A stretch of DNA of 64,000 nt from a virus, in the IMG/VR virus record IMGVR_UViG_3300042398_001385, positions 64,001 through 128,000 of that record. One strand, written 5' to 3'. Shown here piece after piece: positions 1-16,155 of this stretch (within the stretch, counting starts at the first letter, position 1; each line of letters opens with the position of its first letter). The notes below the pieces were generated by a model. That model was not told where the DNA came from. It ran no database searches and worked only from the letters and a program-made list of their open reading frames with translations. The position numbers and the translations under genes were made by a program.

Positions 1-409
1 CTGGACTTAATGTTTCTCTTACATACTCCCATCTTCCTCTCATGAAAGTACGATGGTCGTTTACAACAACTAAAAAATCGGGGGTTAATATTCTATCAAT
101 ATCATTTACTCCTATAACATAGTATTTACTAAAATCACTATAATAGTTTAGAGATGTACCACATCCAGCAACTATAAAAGTCTCACCGTCGAATTTATTT
201 ATATAATTAGGATATAGAGTGTTTCCTAGATGACTGCTTTTTACAGATGTTTTTATTCTGTTTATTTGAGTATCCGTATTTGGATCCTTTTTAATCTCTA
301 TTTCTTTTTCATAGTTTTTAGGAAGCTCCGATGGTATGTTAATTTTATTATTGTTTATAGATTTTTCTCTACTTATTCTTAGTAAGCTTCTTTTTCTTTC
401 TATTGACAT
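1..409 (-). CDS. Partial Maf/DUF115 (MptE-like) domain protein, possible glycosyltransferase; runs off the window start
   Basis: Not in the ORF track. ATG at 409-407 overlaps the upstream TAA. Translation MSIERKRSLL...GETFIVAGCGTSLN...YVIGVNDIDRILTPDFLVVVND resembles the Maf/DUF115 G-x-G-x-S-L...N...PD..V..D signature. Confidence 0.6.
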   Translation of the reverse strand, partial: MSIERKRSLLRISREKSINNNKINIPSELPKNYEKEIEIKKDPNTDTQINRIKTSVKSSHLGNTLYPNYINKFDGETFIVAGCGTSLNYYSDFSKYYVIGVNDIDRILTPDFLVVVNDHRTFMRGRWEYVRETLSP

Positions 410-1281
410 TACATAAATCGATTTATAATATTATTAGCTTTTTCTGTATGATCATCCTTAGATTCACCGTAAGATCTTTTACATATATCAGGAAAGTGCT
501 GAATCATTTGTTTTTTTGACTCCATTTCATTTTTAATCTCTAAAAACAATATAGCAAGAATAGCTTTTAAATCTATTGGCTCTTCTAATAAATCTGGATG
601 ATAACAGAAATAACAAAATGCCTCAGCTGCTTTTAAAATGTCCTTAAACGAACCATTAATAGATTTCCTTGAAAATGATATAAGGTTGTCGCTAGGATCA
701 GCTAAAACTGAATTAAATATAAGATTGTCGGATGGTATATCATCAACAAATTTTATTTTCCATCCAGTCCCCATAGGGCCTTCAACTGAGTTTCCTTCGG
801 TATCAATATAAGGATGATCTAGAATTTTATTTTCTAAAGATCCCCATACAATATTACCTCCGTTATATTTTAGATTTTGTGCGTTCTTCTCTCTTGAATC
901 TATTCCCATACCCATAACATTTTTTGAATTACCTCTATCCTCGTAAAATTCTATTGATCCGGGGATTAAGGTATATGTTTTTTTATCTTGTAAGGATTGT
1001 ATCTTTACGATGTATGATTTACCGTCAGTTGATTTTGACGTTTCTATTATCTCGCCTTTTATTTTTTTAGATTTTCCTTTTACTTTTCCTTTTACTATGT
1101 CACCAACCTGAAAAACTGAATCCTTTACTAATAAACTAGGATCTGCATCTCTACCTACAGCAATAGAAAGATCTGAATATGCTTTATAGTTAACTTTAAA
1201 AACCCCATTAGAGCTATTAAATCCATCGCCGTTTATCGATTGAGCAAACTGTTCGTTTATTAATTTAATTCTTCTTTTCAT
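409..1281 (-). CDS. Hypothetical protein with SH3/KOW-like segment, possible head internal protein
   Basis: 290-aa ORF; FQVGDIVKGK...KGEII segment; N-terminal IKLINE motif. Confidence 0.6.
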   Translation of the reverse strand: MKRRIKLINEQFAQSINGDGFNSSNGVFKVNYKAYSDLSIAVGRDADPSLLVKDSVFQVGDIVKGKVKGKSKKIKGEIIETSKSTDGKSYIVKIQSLQDKKTYTLIPGSIEFYEDRGNSKNVMGMGIDSREKNAQNLKYNGGNIVWGSLENKILDHPYIDTEGNSVEGPMGTGWKIKFVDDIPSDNLIFNSVLADPSDNLISFSRKSINGSFKDILKAAEAFCYFCYHPDLLEEPIDLKAILAILFLEIKNEMESKKQMIQHFPDICKRSYGESKDDHTEKANNIINRFM

Positions 1282-1820
1282 TTTTGTTTTTTATATACTT
1301 CAATTAGATCTCTAAGTTTAGAAGCCAACTCGTAGTTTTCGTCGTTTAAAGCTTTATCTAATTGTTTTTGTAGGTCAGCAGTTTCTGGTTTTTCATCTAT
1401 TTCTTCGTCAGTTAAAACAGTTTCCCTAGAAACAACAACCATTGGTGAAAAATACACCTCTAACATAGATTCCATGATAGGTATAAATGTGCTTTCACCA
1501 TTTTCTATTTCCTTACCATTATCATCTGTTTCTGGTATCTCCATTTCCCATTCTCCATTAACCCATATTACATTCCATGGTCCATACATATATTGTGATA
1601 TATCGTTTTCAACCACATGATTTATAACATGAAGAACCTCCTCTTTTATGTGTTCGTCTGTTAATTTAGTCTTCTTATCAAGCTTTTTTATACCTGGTAT
1701 CTGTGTAGTTTCAGTACCTATTGTCCTCCCCACCAATTTATAAAACTTATGGATTAAAGGCCAATCAATGGTATCAATTACTCTGCTTATTAGTGTTTTA
1801 TTTTTTTCTGATATTACCAT
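1278..1820 (-). CDS. UvrB/UvrC (UVR) motif protein
   Basis: C-terminal LQKQLDKALNDENYELASKLRDLI is a typical UVR coiled-coil motif. Confidence 0.75.
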   Translation of the reverse strand: MVISEKNKTLISRVIDTIDWPLIHKFYKLVGRTIGTETTQIPGIKKLDKKTKLTDEHIKEEVLHVINHVVENDISQYMYGPWNVIWVNGEWEMEIPETDDNGKEIENGESTFIPIMESMLEVYFSPMVVVSRETVLTDEEIDEKPETADLQKQLDKALNDENYELASKLRDLIEVYKKQK

Positions 1821-1878
1821 TGCCCTTTATTATTTTTACTCAAATCCTATAATTGTGTTCCAAAAAATAAAAATAAAA

Positions 1879-2502
1879 TTATGAAGTTGTTATACTTCTT
1901 ATTTTATACCATATTCTAAAGGTAACTAAATGATCTCCCACTGTAGCGTCATTTAATGGATTATCCCCATTATCTATTGCTACATTAAGAGGCTTATTAG
2001 TATTTATCGGTAAATTATATATTGATAAAGGGACGGATATAGCATATGACTCATCATTGCCTGTCCATAATGCACCAACAGAAAGAGAAATTGCAGATAT
2101 ATAATTAGTTGAAAATCCAGAAGTTTCTTGAGAAAAATAAATTCCTTTATATTCTGAATAATTGTAAGGAGTAGTTGCAGGTGAATCCCCAGGATAAGAT
2201 TCCGATATTATTCTAAATACGTCTATGTATTTTCCTAACCCTGGTGCTGGTATTAACTCGTAATATTGACTTGTTAGTACTCTAATATCAGATGGAGCTG
2301 GTTGAACTTCTATATAATTATAATCCCCTTGGAAAACGCCACTTATATTTCCATCTAGGTCTTTATAAAATATTTGGTTTAGATCTAATGAAAGAAAAAC
2401 CGTATCGTTTGGTATAGATACTGAATCGGCGGAAAAATCTGTAATAGTATATTTGTATTCTATACCAAATGAAGATTTTCTAGATAAAATTGATATTGCC
2501 AT
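1879..2502 (-). CDS. Hypothetical virion protein
   Basis: 207 aa, beta-rich composition, follows a fibre gene in the same operon. Confidence 0.55.
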   Translation of the reverse strand: MAISILSRKSSFGIEYKYTITDFSADSVSIPNDTVFLSLDLNQIFYKDLDGNISGVFQGDYNYIEVQPAPSDIRVLTSQYYELIPAPGLGKYIDVFRIISESYPGDSPATTPYNYSEYKGIYFSQETSGFSTNYISAISLSVGALWTGNDESYAISVPLSIYNLPINTNKPLNVAIDNGDNPLNDATVGDHLVTFRIWYKIRSITTS

Positions 2503-2504
2503 AA

Positions 2505-4277
<1,773 letters not shown>

Positions 4278-4343
4278 GCTAATATTTTTATTTACTTATA
4301 TATCCGATTTTTTTATTATTAAGAACTAGATAGCACAAATAAA

Positions 4344-4369
4344 AAAAGGATCCCTTTCGAGATCCTTTT
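4344..4369 (-). terminator. Intrinsic terminator
   Basis: AAAAGGATC-CCTTTCGA-GATCCTTTT hairpin; T-run follows on the minus strand downstream of 4395..6785. Confidence 0.7.
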
Positions 4370-4394
4370 AGAATTATGAAGATTTATTATTAAA

Positions 4395-6785
4395 TTATGC
4401 TTCAACTGTTTCTACTAGATTAAAATATTCAGTAGCTGTACTTGTAATATTTATTGTTCTAGTTGAATCCTCCCAACCAGAACTAACTGAAAATACCTCT
4501 ATTACATATTCATTATTATATGATGATGGAAGATCGTAGAAAGTAATACTTCTAAATCCATTATTTATAGATCCGCTTCCTATTGAAACTTGCTGAATAT
4601 TATCAGGACCAAATTCAAAAAGTCTATAGAGATTAATATTAGAATCTATAATTGTATCTGTTCCACCAACAACGTCTACATTTAAATTAATAACTCTATC
4701 TAGATTTATATCTACAGAAACATCCGAAGCTCCATCATATGATCCTGAAGCTCCTCTTTCTGGATAATTCGGAGATAATGCTGCATATACGTTGATCATC
4801 TGTGAATCGTTATTAGGTATAGTGAATTCATAATATCCATTGCTATCAGTGTTACCTGTATAATTCCAAGTATCTCCATCAGCAGATACTTCCGCTCCCT
4901 CTAGTGGATTATTGTTTTCGTCTCTAACATATCCATAAACAATATTATCTCCTGGATTTACATAATTTAGTTCGAAATTAATTTCTACGGAAGGAACCTC
5001 TTTTTCAACAACAATATTTGAATATTCGTATTCTTCATATCCTGCTGCTTCTACTGTTATTCTATCCAATCTTCCAAAAGGAACATCCAAGAAAATGTAA
5101 TTCCCGTTTTCGTCTGTTGAAACCGATATATTAAGAGGAGATAATCCAACTTTAGCCTTGCTTATTCCAACACCATTATCATCTGTAACTTTACCCCATA
5201 CTCTACCGTCTATCTCACTTATAGGAGTAACTTCACAAAGATCATTAAATGAAAGTGTTAATTGTATATTGGAAATAGAATCACAGAATATTCTATTCGC
5301 AAACTCTAAAGATTCTTTTTGCTCTGCTTGAATCTCTTTAAGGTTATCGTTACAATCTACATAAACTGAAATTTTATCAGCATTGAAAAGAACTCTAGAT
5401 CCTATTAGATGAAGTAATTTAATGAAATCATCATAAAACTTAACTCCAGTGGAGAATAAATCATTAAGCTTCTCTCTTCTTATATCACCATCTTCTAATA
5501 TACTTAATTCTTGATCAACTTTATTATGTAAATCCCTAGATATTCTAGTATCTATTGTATATTTTGGTGCTACGTTAGGTAATTTTGCCCAATTTTCTTC
5601 TTCATTTGCGCCTTCTAGATAAACTCCCAAAATACATCCTCCGTAAAGAAGTTCTTGATAAGTCTTATCTTTAGTTTCGTTCCATTTTTGATAAAACTCA
5701 TAAAGCTTATACCAAAGATCTGATCTCCCTTCAAAGAATTCTACAACATTTAATGGGCTTGGGTTGCAAAGATCTAAATATCTTCCTTGCCAATCTCCAC
5801 CAGGAAGGGGAATATAAAAACGTCTTTCTCCGTTACCCTCTATCCATAATCTATACGGTGAATATATTTCAGCATCTTTTGCAGCTGTTGCTCTTCCGTC
5901 TTTTATAGATGCTGATTGATAAGAAAGAGTTAATCCGCAAGCAGATTGAGCTCCTGTCACTAAGTATGGAGATATATTAGAAGAAACACCAAAATTATTG
6001 TATAGATAAGTATCACAAGCATCAGGAACGTTTGTACCAAAAACTATATTAGTTTTTTTACAATCATCCATACAAACATTTTTAAGGGATTTGCGGATAT
6101 AGCATATCTCTCCTTTTTTAAAATCCACATCTTTTATTTTAAAAATGTAATATTTCTCGGTTTTTCTGTCCAACATATAAAGAATAAGAGATTCAGGTCT
6201 AACTGGACCCACTGCTTCTAAAGCATTAGCTCTTTGCTGAAGATCTGAAATCCCTCCCCAACTTAAATGTTTTAAATAGTTTATTGATGGATTATAAGGA
6301 TCTACACCATCATGTTCATCCGGGTATGCAAACCAAACTCCTTTCGGTGTATCTTCGGAAGGTTCATTTTCTTGAAATACGTTATATAATAAGTATCCTT
6401 CATATTTTTCAGTATCCGCTAATTTAAGTCCAACATAGTCAGATATAGTATCTGTTAAGCATCCTGAAAGGCAAACGATTGCGATATCTTGAGATTCCTC
6501 AGTTCCGCTTTCTGTTAGATTTGTTTCCACATCACAAGGGTCCCATCCACCTATTTGATTTCCTTTAGTGTCCCAAGCCCATACGTCCCCGTTCCATATT
6601 TTTTCTGCTAGTGCTCTAGATTTTTTAATTTGCTCGACGTCGAATTTTTTTCCTAGATCGACGGTGGAATTTGCTTTCAATCTAATTCCACCAAGATCTG
6701 AAATAATAAGATCTCTTGAAAGTAGGTTAGTAACTTTAAAGATGTAATTCTCATTATCAGATTTTCTTGATGCTGATGCGTTCAT
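4395..6785 (-). CDS. Virion-associated protein with C-terminal carboxypeptidase-regulatory-like (Ig-like) domains
   Basis: Repeated GKVTDDNGVGISKAKV...TDENGNY and GYVRDENNNPLEGAEV...TDSNGYY motifs. Confidence 0.7.
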   Translation of the reverse strand: MNASASRKSDNENYIFKVTNLLSRDLIISDLGGIRLKANSTVDLGKKFDVEQIKKSRALAEKIWNGDVWAWDTKGNQIGGWDPCDVETNLTESGTEESQDIAIVCLSGCLTDTISDYVGLKLADTEKYEGYLLYNVFQENEPSEDTPKGVWFAYPDEHDGVDPYNPSINYLKHLSWGGISDLQQRANALEAVGPVRPESLILYMLDRKTEKYYIFKIKDVDFKKGEICYIRKSLKNVCMDDCKKTNIVFGTNVPDACDTYLYNNFGVSSNISPYLVTGAQSACGLTLSYQSASIKDGRATAAKDAEIYSPYRLWIEGNGERRFYIPLPGGDWQGRYLDLCNPSPLNVVEFFEGRSDLWYKLYEFYQKWNETKDKTYQELLYGGCILGVYLEGANEEENWAKLPNVAPKYTIDTRISRDLHNKVDQELSILEDGDIRREKLNDLFSTGVKFYDDFIKLLHLIGSRVLFNADKISVYVDCNDNLKEIQAEQKESLEFANRIFCDSISNIQLTLSFNDLCEVTPISEIDGRVWGKVTDDNGVGISKAKVGLSPLNISVSTDENGNYIFLDVPFGRLDRITVEAAGYEEYEYSNIVVEKEVPSVEINFELNYVNPGDNIVYGYVRDENNNPLEGAEVSADGDTWNYTGNTDSNGYYEFTIPNNDSQMINVYAALSPNYPERGASGSYDGASDVSVDINLDRVINLNVDVVGGTDTIIDSNINLYRLFEFGPDNIQQVSIGSGSINNGFRSITFYDLPSSYNNEYVIEVFSVSSGWEDSTRTINITSTATEYFNLVETVEA

Positions 6786-6865
6786 AGTAGTTTTTATTCA
6801 TATATATTCTAAAATTCCAATAAAATACTACTATACACAGAGGATCAACTAAAAAAAATAATTAT

Positions 6866-7411
6866 TTATTTATTTGGGGAAAGTATAGATGTAAATATAA
6901 GCTGCACGCCAGGATTTTGAACATTTTCTCCTTTTACAAATATTGAAATTTCAGATCCTTCTGAAATTTTATATTCATATCTACCACAAGCTATCTTGTT
7001 ACCTTCAGATTTTAATGATGCTATTATTTCATCATTAACATAAATTATAGCCTCCCAATCTTTTTCTTCCCTTGATGATAGAGATATACCCACAAGAACA
7101 CAATCATTCCAAGAAATAAAAGGTGTTATATTCGTATAATTTCCTCCCGCTCTCTTTATAAATCTATCTGTTACTCCCTCACATCCGCTCCAATCCTCAG
7201 AAGCATCAAATGTAAAAGTCATCTGATTTACAATTTCTGATGGATTCTTGTGATCTACATAATCAACAGGTATAGGCTTATCGTCATATTGTTCCCTGCT
7301 AATCTCTGTACCGCTATTGTCTAGATATATTATTTTTTTTCTTGTAACAGCATCTCCATTTGGTAGAGTTATCTGATATTCCTTTATTTGATATGATCCG
7401 CTATTAGACAT
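6866..7411 (-). CDS. Hypothetical virion protein
   Basis: 181-aa ORF overlapping its upstream gene in the fibre operon. Confidence 0.55.
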   Translation of the reverse strand: MSNSGSYQIKEYQITLPNGDAVTRKKIIYLDNSGTEISREQYDDKPIPVDYVDHKNPSEIVNQMTFTFDASEDWSGCEGVTDRFIKRAGGNYTNITPFISWNDCVLVGISLSSREEKDWEAIIYVNDEIIASLKSEGNKIACGRYEYKISEGSEISIFVKGENVQNPGVQLIFTSILSPNK

Positions 7412-7946
7412 TGGTTAGTTTAATTTTTATTTCTATTCTAGATCTAAGATTAGTAGGATTAGTTTCCCATGTAGGTGTAGTCCATTTTATGTATAACTTA
7501 TCTCCTCTAGATATAGATACAGGTGTATCTAGGTTTATACTTAAAGCTTCCACTGTATCTGTTGTGATATTAGTCTCAAATACGTTTAATTCTTTAGTTT
7601 CATTGTATAGTAAATAATTAGATAACTCTGAGGATCCTGTTACCATTCCTGGATATAAAAGAATAGAATATCCTGTTATCTCACCATCAAATAGTGATAA
7701 AACTTTAGAAGCATCAGATAATGTTGTTAGTGGTAATTGATCATTAAAATCGCCGAAGAAATATAACTGATTGTCTATGGGAGATATTGATGAGTGTCTA
7801 AATATAATAGAGCTATATGGCTGAACTGGTATAGCGCCAGCTGAATCCCAAGCATATCCGTTCCATATCCATGTTTTTCCGTTATCTGTATAGATGTATC
7901 CTATATCTAATCCCATTCTGGGCGGATTTGTTGGCCAGTTTGACAT
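7404..7946 (-). CDS. Hypothetical virion protein sharing its N-terminal module with 2505..4277
   Basis: MSNWPTNP...IYTDNGKTWIWNGYAWD. Confidence 0.6.
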   Translation of the reverse strand: MSNWPTNPPRMGLDIGYIYTDNGKTWIWNGYAWDSAGAIPVQPYSSIIFRHSSISPIDNQLYFFGDFNDQLPLTTLSDASKVLSLFDGEITGYSILLYPGMVTGSSELSNYLLYNETKELNVFETNITTDTVEALSINLDTPVSISRGDKLYIKWTTPTWETNPTNLRSRIEIKIKLTNV

Positions 7947-7954
7947 AATTTATT

Positions 7955-9178
7955 CTATTTAATTATATTTTTTTTATACTTACCCTTCAATAAAATATCT
8001 AATATTTCATCACTATGGTCTTTTTTCCAGTATGATTTAATTAGGTAATTATCTGACCTTGTTAAAGATCCCGATGGAAATGTATTACTTTCTCTTTCGT
8101 TATATATTAATCTATATCTTTCGTTTACATCTGATCCTATAGCTCCAAGTAAATCATTTTTTATAGCACCTTTTTCTACATTATCTAATGGTAATTTACT
8201 TTCGTTTATTAACGGAAATAACGAATCAATAATATTTCCATCTACGTCTAATAATTCCACAATGTATCCAATCTCAGGATCTTTAGCTAACTCAATAGAT
8301 TCTTCAGGGTCTAAATATTTAGGTAAGTATTTACAAGTAAAATCTAAAGATGTTTCAAATTCCTCAGGACTAGCTCCATTTAGATCTGAGGTAAATTTAG
8401 ATATCGAATATCCATTAGGATCTATTTTTGATTCCAATACTTCAGTTTTTAATAGCTGATTTCCTTTGTTAATATATTGATAGATTTTGTAGCTATCTGT
8501 TTGTATGGGTCCTGTCTTTGTAATAGAGTATGTCCTTAGGTTTATATAAGAAAAATCACCATTTATCCAATCAACTATTCCGTCTATTTTATCCTTATTA
8601 TAGCTTTGAATGCCGTGATTTTTATAAAAGTCAAATAGAGATTGTGTACTTACTATAAAATCCTTAAAATTAAAGTCATCTACATTTCTTCTTAAATATC
8701 TAAAAACAGCTTCTTGTCTATCATCCCTACATTTTTTTATGCTGTTATTGAATTCGTCCCAATTGATTAGGATATCGTTCTCACTAAGTATTTTTTTTAT
8801 TATTTCTGAATCAGGTATAAAATGCTTACATAGGATATTTAATTCAATCTCAGTGAATGAATCAATATCCACTGAATCATTACCATTCTTTTCTTTGTAT
8901 TTTTTGGAAGAATATATTAGTTCAAGCTCATCTAAAAAATTTATATAATCCATTCCTGAAAATGTCCATAGATCATTTAGATTTGATATTGATAATATGT
9001 TTTCATATCCATCTATTTCTGAGTCTGAATATACCCAGGGAGCATTTCCTTTTAGATCTTTTATATCCCAATTAAAAATATCGACGTTAATTATTTTTCC
9101 GTCAATCTTAAAAGCCAGAAGTTTTCCTTGATCCTTAGAAATTGAATGTCTTCTATATGAATTGTTTTCTCTTATCAT
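7955..9178 (-). CDS. Hypothetical protein
   Basis: 407-aa ORF in the fibre operon. Confidence 0.55.
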   Translation of the reverse strand: MIRENNSYRRHSISKDQGKLLAFKIDGKIINVDIFNWDIKDLKGNAPWVYSDSEIDGYENILSISNLNDLWTFSGMDYINFLDELELIYSSKKYKEKNGNDSVDIDSFTEIELNILCKHFIPDSEIIKKILSENDILINWDEFNNSIKKCRDDRQEAVFRYLRRNVDDFNFKDFIVSTQSLFDFYKNHGIQSYNKDKIDGIVDWINGDFSYINLRTYSITKTGPIQTDSYKIYQYINKGNQLLKTEVLESKIDPNGYSISKFTSDLNGASPEEFETSLDFTCKYLPKYLDPEESIELAKDPEIGYIVELLDVDGNIIDSLFPLINESKLPLDNVEKGAIKNDLLGAIGSDVNERYRLIYNERESNTFPSGSLTRSDNYLIKSYWKKDHSDEILDILLKGKYKKNIIK

Positions 9179-9184
9179 TTGATA

Positions 9185-13102
<3,918 letters not shown>

Positions 13103-13139
13103 TTATGTTTAGAATATATATCCGGATTTTAAATCTCAA

Positions 13140-13541
13140 TCAACTTATTAGAGTTTCAATCTCCTTATAAAAAGAATTAAATTTAGACGGAAAAAAAATT
13201 TTAAGCTCTTCTATCTCCCTATTAGATAGACTATACTTATCTTTTATGAAGTTTATAATTTCTTCTTTATACTCTTTTTTCTCCTTTTCCTTCTCTTTTT
13301 TTGATGTTTTTGTCCATACCCAAGATGGATTATTTTTGTGTTTGTGTGTTATAAATATCTTCCAAAAGTCTACTACTTTTTCAGGATTTATTTTTATATT
13401 ATTAAATGAATTAGCTTGAAGTGGATATGCTATAGAACATATACGATTAACCATAAATAGATTTCTAGCTTTATCTCTATCACTTATTTTATCCCAAGAT
13501 TTGGAATAAAATGATTTTATTATATCAAATGGATTATTCAT
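13140..13541 (-). CDS. gp62: Clamp loader small subunit (T4 gp62-like)
   Basis: PFDII...FMVNRICS...KW-K-rich...YSLSNRE pattern of gp62; lies near gp44. Confidence 0.6.
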   Translation of the reverse strand: MNNPFDIIKSFYSKSWDKISDRDKARNLFMVNRICSIAYPLQANSFNNIKINPEKVVDFWKIFITHKHKNNPSWVWTKTSKKEKEKEKKEYKEEIINFIKDKYSLSNREIEELKIFFPSKFNSFYKEIETLIS

Positions 13542-14671
13542 TAGTTAAATAGTTCGAATGGATCAAATCCCTTAGGGGGTTTAGCTTCGCTAGCCCATGG
13601 TGAATTTTCAATCATTTCTTTTTTATCTATATTTAATGTGATTTTTTCTTTGGAATCTAATTCCTGTACGTGATTCTTTAATCCTTCAACCATATTTTTT
13701 GGAAGAGTCCTAGAATTAAGCCAAACCAATCTAGCGTTTTCCTCGTAGAATTTTTTAAATTTATCTCTATTCTCAGAGTTGTCTGTTTGTGATATTAATC
13801 TTAATGAAAGACCAGCTATCCATCCGAGAAAATCTTCATTATCCCATAGATACTCCATCGAATAATCTTTCCATTTCGACTCCTGATAAAGCTCCCAAAT
13901 TTTATTAGATTTTCCTTCCGCTATATTAGAATTCTTTCCGCTTTTAGTTTGGTGAGGAAAAACTCCAGGAACGTCATCTTTTTTGTCACCCATTAGGATT
14001 TTTTTAAAAATGTATTCCTTAGTGTTAATTCTTTCTAAAGTACAAGAAGATAATAGCTTTTCCATCTTTGATGAATTAGCTCCGGAGATAGGATTAACGT
14101 CAAATATAGTTGTTTCTGATTCGGATTCTTCTTTCCAATTTTCAGAAACAATTAATTTGTTATTTTTAGAATTACTGTTCCATATTCCAACCCAAACATC
14201 TTCGTTGTATTTTACTAACTGGTGCATGTCTTTATCACCACTTATTACAATAACAGATTCTTTCTTATCTGTAAAATATTCAGACCAAGCCCAAATTAAA
14301 TCGTCTCCTTCCGCTCCTTGATATGAGCTATAAATAAATCCATTAGATTCTAGATATTCCGAAAACTCGTCCATTAATCTAAAAAAAGATCCCCAGTCTA
14401 CACCTTCTCCTTTTACCCTACTTTCCTTATAAACACTTCTTGTTATTTTGTAATCTTTTCTCCAAGATCTAGAATCCTTACAAAATATCACTTGTTTTAT
14501 TTCTGGTATTTGTTTAAGAGAATAGCAAAGATCCGTTATCACCTTTCTTATAAACATATTTCTTTCAGCCTCTGATGATAATACATCTCCAGGGTTCTTA
14601 CTTCCAAATCCAGAAAATATACCGAATGTCTTATGGAAGATATAATTACCGTCTACTACTACTGTTGTCAT
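13541..14671 (-). CDS. rnh: RNase H / 5'-3' exonuclease (flap endonuclease)
   Basis: VVVDGN, DSRSWRK, YKESR, EGDDLI, SGDKDMHQL and GDKKDDVPG motifs. Confidence 0.9.
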   Translation of the reverse strand: MTTVVVDGNYIFHKTFGIFSGFGSKNPGDVLSSEAERNMFIRKVITDLCYSLKQIPEIKQVIFCKDSRSWRKDYKITRSVYKESRVKGEGVDWGSFFRLMDEFSEYLESNGFIYSSYQGAEGDDLIWAWSEYFTDKKESVIVISGDKDMHQLVKYNEDVWVGIWNSNSKNNKLIVSENWKEESESETTIFDVNPISGANSSKMEKLLSSCTLERINTKEYIFKKILMGDKKDDVPGVFPHQTKSGKNSNIAEGKSNKIWELYQESKWKDYSMEYLWDNEDFLGWIAGLSLRLISQTDNSENRDKFKKFYEENARLVWLNSRTLPKNMVEGLKNHVQELDSKEKITLNIDKKEMIENSPWASEAKPPKGFDPFELFN

Positions 14672-15141
14672 TAAAAATCTTCATTTGTTATCATTATATC
14701 ATAGTCAAAAAAACCAGAAAAATCCCTCTCGTCTGCTAAAAATCTTCTCTTGACGTCGTCGGCGTCATTTCTTTCAGCGAGTCTTTTCATTCTTATATCT
14801 GATGGGGGATTTAGATATATTACGAAGCTTTTATCTCGGAGATCCTTAGGTAGGGACCTTAATCCTGCAGGACTTAGAATAAAAAGATCCTTTTCGTTAA
14901 ATTCACCTTTAGAGATTCCATATTTCCAGCCATTGAATTCCTGTAATTCTAAAAATAGATCCGAATTAGCCTCGAAGAAATCTGGATCTCTAAAAAAATA
15001 ATCCTTTCCCTCTTCCTCTCCTTTTCTAGGAGGTCTACTCGTAAAAGAAATCCCATAAGAAAATCCCTTCTCTACCATCTTCTTTCTTAAGAAATCTTTT
15101 CCGGATCCCCCTGGTCCTACTATTATAATTTTTCCTTTCAT
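14671..15141 (-). CDS. gmk: Guanylate kinase-like protein
   Basis: GPGGSGK P-loop, SFTSRPPRKGEEEGKDYFF, YGIS. Confidence 0.85.
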   Translation of the reverse strand: MKGKIIIVGPGGSGKDFLRKKMVEKGFSYGISFTSRPPRKGEEEGKDYFFRDPDFFEANSDLFLELQEFNGWKYGISKGEFNEKDLFILSPAGLRSLPKDLRDKSFVIYLNPPSDIRMKRLAERNDADDVKRRFLADERDFSGFFDYDIMITNEDF

Positions 15142-15156
15142 ATTATTTTTTCGTAT

Positions 15157-15205
15157 AGTATACTACTCATTATCATTGGTTTTCTGACATAACGAGTAGT
15201 ATACT
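15157..15205. repeat. Inverted repeat overlapping a putative middle promoter
   Basis: AGTATACTACTC (15157-15168) and GAGTAGTATACT (15194-15205); extends to about 17-20 bp with a G-U pair in the minus-strand RNA. Confidence 0.75.
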
Positions 15206-15207
15206 GG

Positions 15208-16155
15208 TCATTTATTGAACATCTGCTGAAGTTCAAATATTAAAGCTAGTAAACTAACTATTGGATCAATTACCTGGCTTCTTTGAGATTGATATCTAGC
15301 AACAGTAATAACTATTGATGGAATCAGATTTAATTTCTGTGGATTCTTTTCTTCTATCCATTTAATAAAGTCTGAGCTTAAAGAAGCCATAACCTCATCA
15401 ACCCTTCCGGAATATTGACCAACTACATATTGGTAGTTTCCGATTGGATCTGGTTTAGATAAAACCATATTAAAAACTTCTTCGTGGTCGAATGTTATTT
15501 CGTTTATTTTACTTTCTGTTAGATCTGTTACTCCATCTATTTGCCATCTCTGTATGGTATTAAGTGCAGATCTCATATCAGGAAAATACTTCTTTGTAAA
15601 TAACTCAAGACTTCTGTCGTCGTGATTTATTTCCATTAGATTAAGTATTTTAGAAACGCGATCTTGCCATTGGTTTTTTATTTCGCTTTCCTCCTCCTTA
15701 CTCATAGGATCAAAATCATAAACTTCGAATCTTGACCTAATAGCATCCGGAATTTTACTTAAATAGTTACACGTAGCAACAAATCTTGTTGTTCTAGCAT
15801 ATTTCTCTATTGTACCTCTTAAAGCTTTGTAGAACTGATCTGATGCACCGTCGAACTCATCTAGGACTACAATCTTAATCTGATTCTCTCCGTCTAGTAT
15901 AGAAACTGTAGAACAGAAATCGTGAACTTTAGTTCTAATTGTTTCTACTGAACTTTCATCTGATACATTTATAAAAATGTATGGATGGTTCTTTATTAGA
16001 ATTTTAGCCATACTTGTTTTACCAGATCCTGGAGAGCCAGCTAATAGAACATTCTGTTGAAGACCGCTTTCAAACGATCCCTTTATTCTTTGTGGAAGGA
16101 TCATATGTTTTAGTTCCTTCGGTCTTAATTTTTCTGTTAATAGTTCTTGTATCAT
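15208..16155 (-). CDS. gp44: Clamp loader large subunit (T4 gp44/RFC)
   Basis: EKLRP, GSPGSGKT, LDEFD, AIRSRF motifs. Confidence 0.92.
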   Translation of the reverse strand: MIQELLTEKLRPKELKHMILPQRIKGSFESGLQQNVLLAGSPGSGKTSMAKILIKNHPYIFINVSDESSVETIRTKVHDFCSTVSILDGENQIKIVVLDEFDGASDQFYKALRGTIEKYARTTRFVATCNYLSKIPDAIRSRFEVYDFDPMSKEEESEIKNQWQDRVSKILNLMEINHDDRSLELFTKKYFPDMRSALNTIQRWQIDGVTDLTESKINEITFDHEEVFNMVLSKPDPIGNYQYVVGQYSGRVDEVMASLSSDFIKWIEEKNPQKLNLIPSIVITVARYQSQRSQVIDPIVSLLALIFELQQMFNK

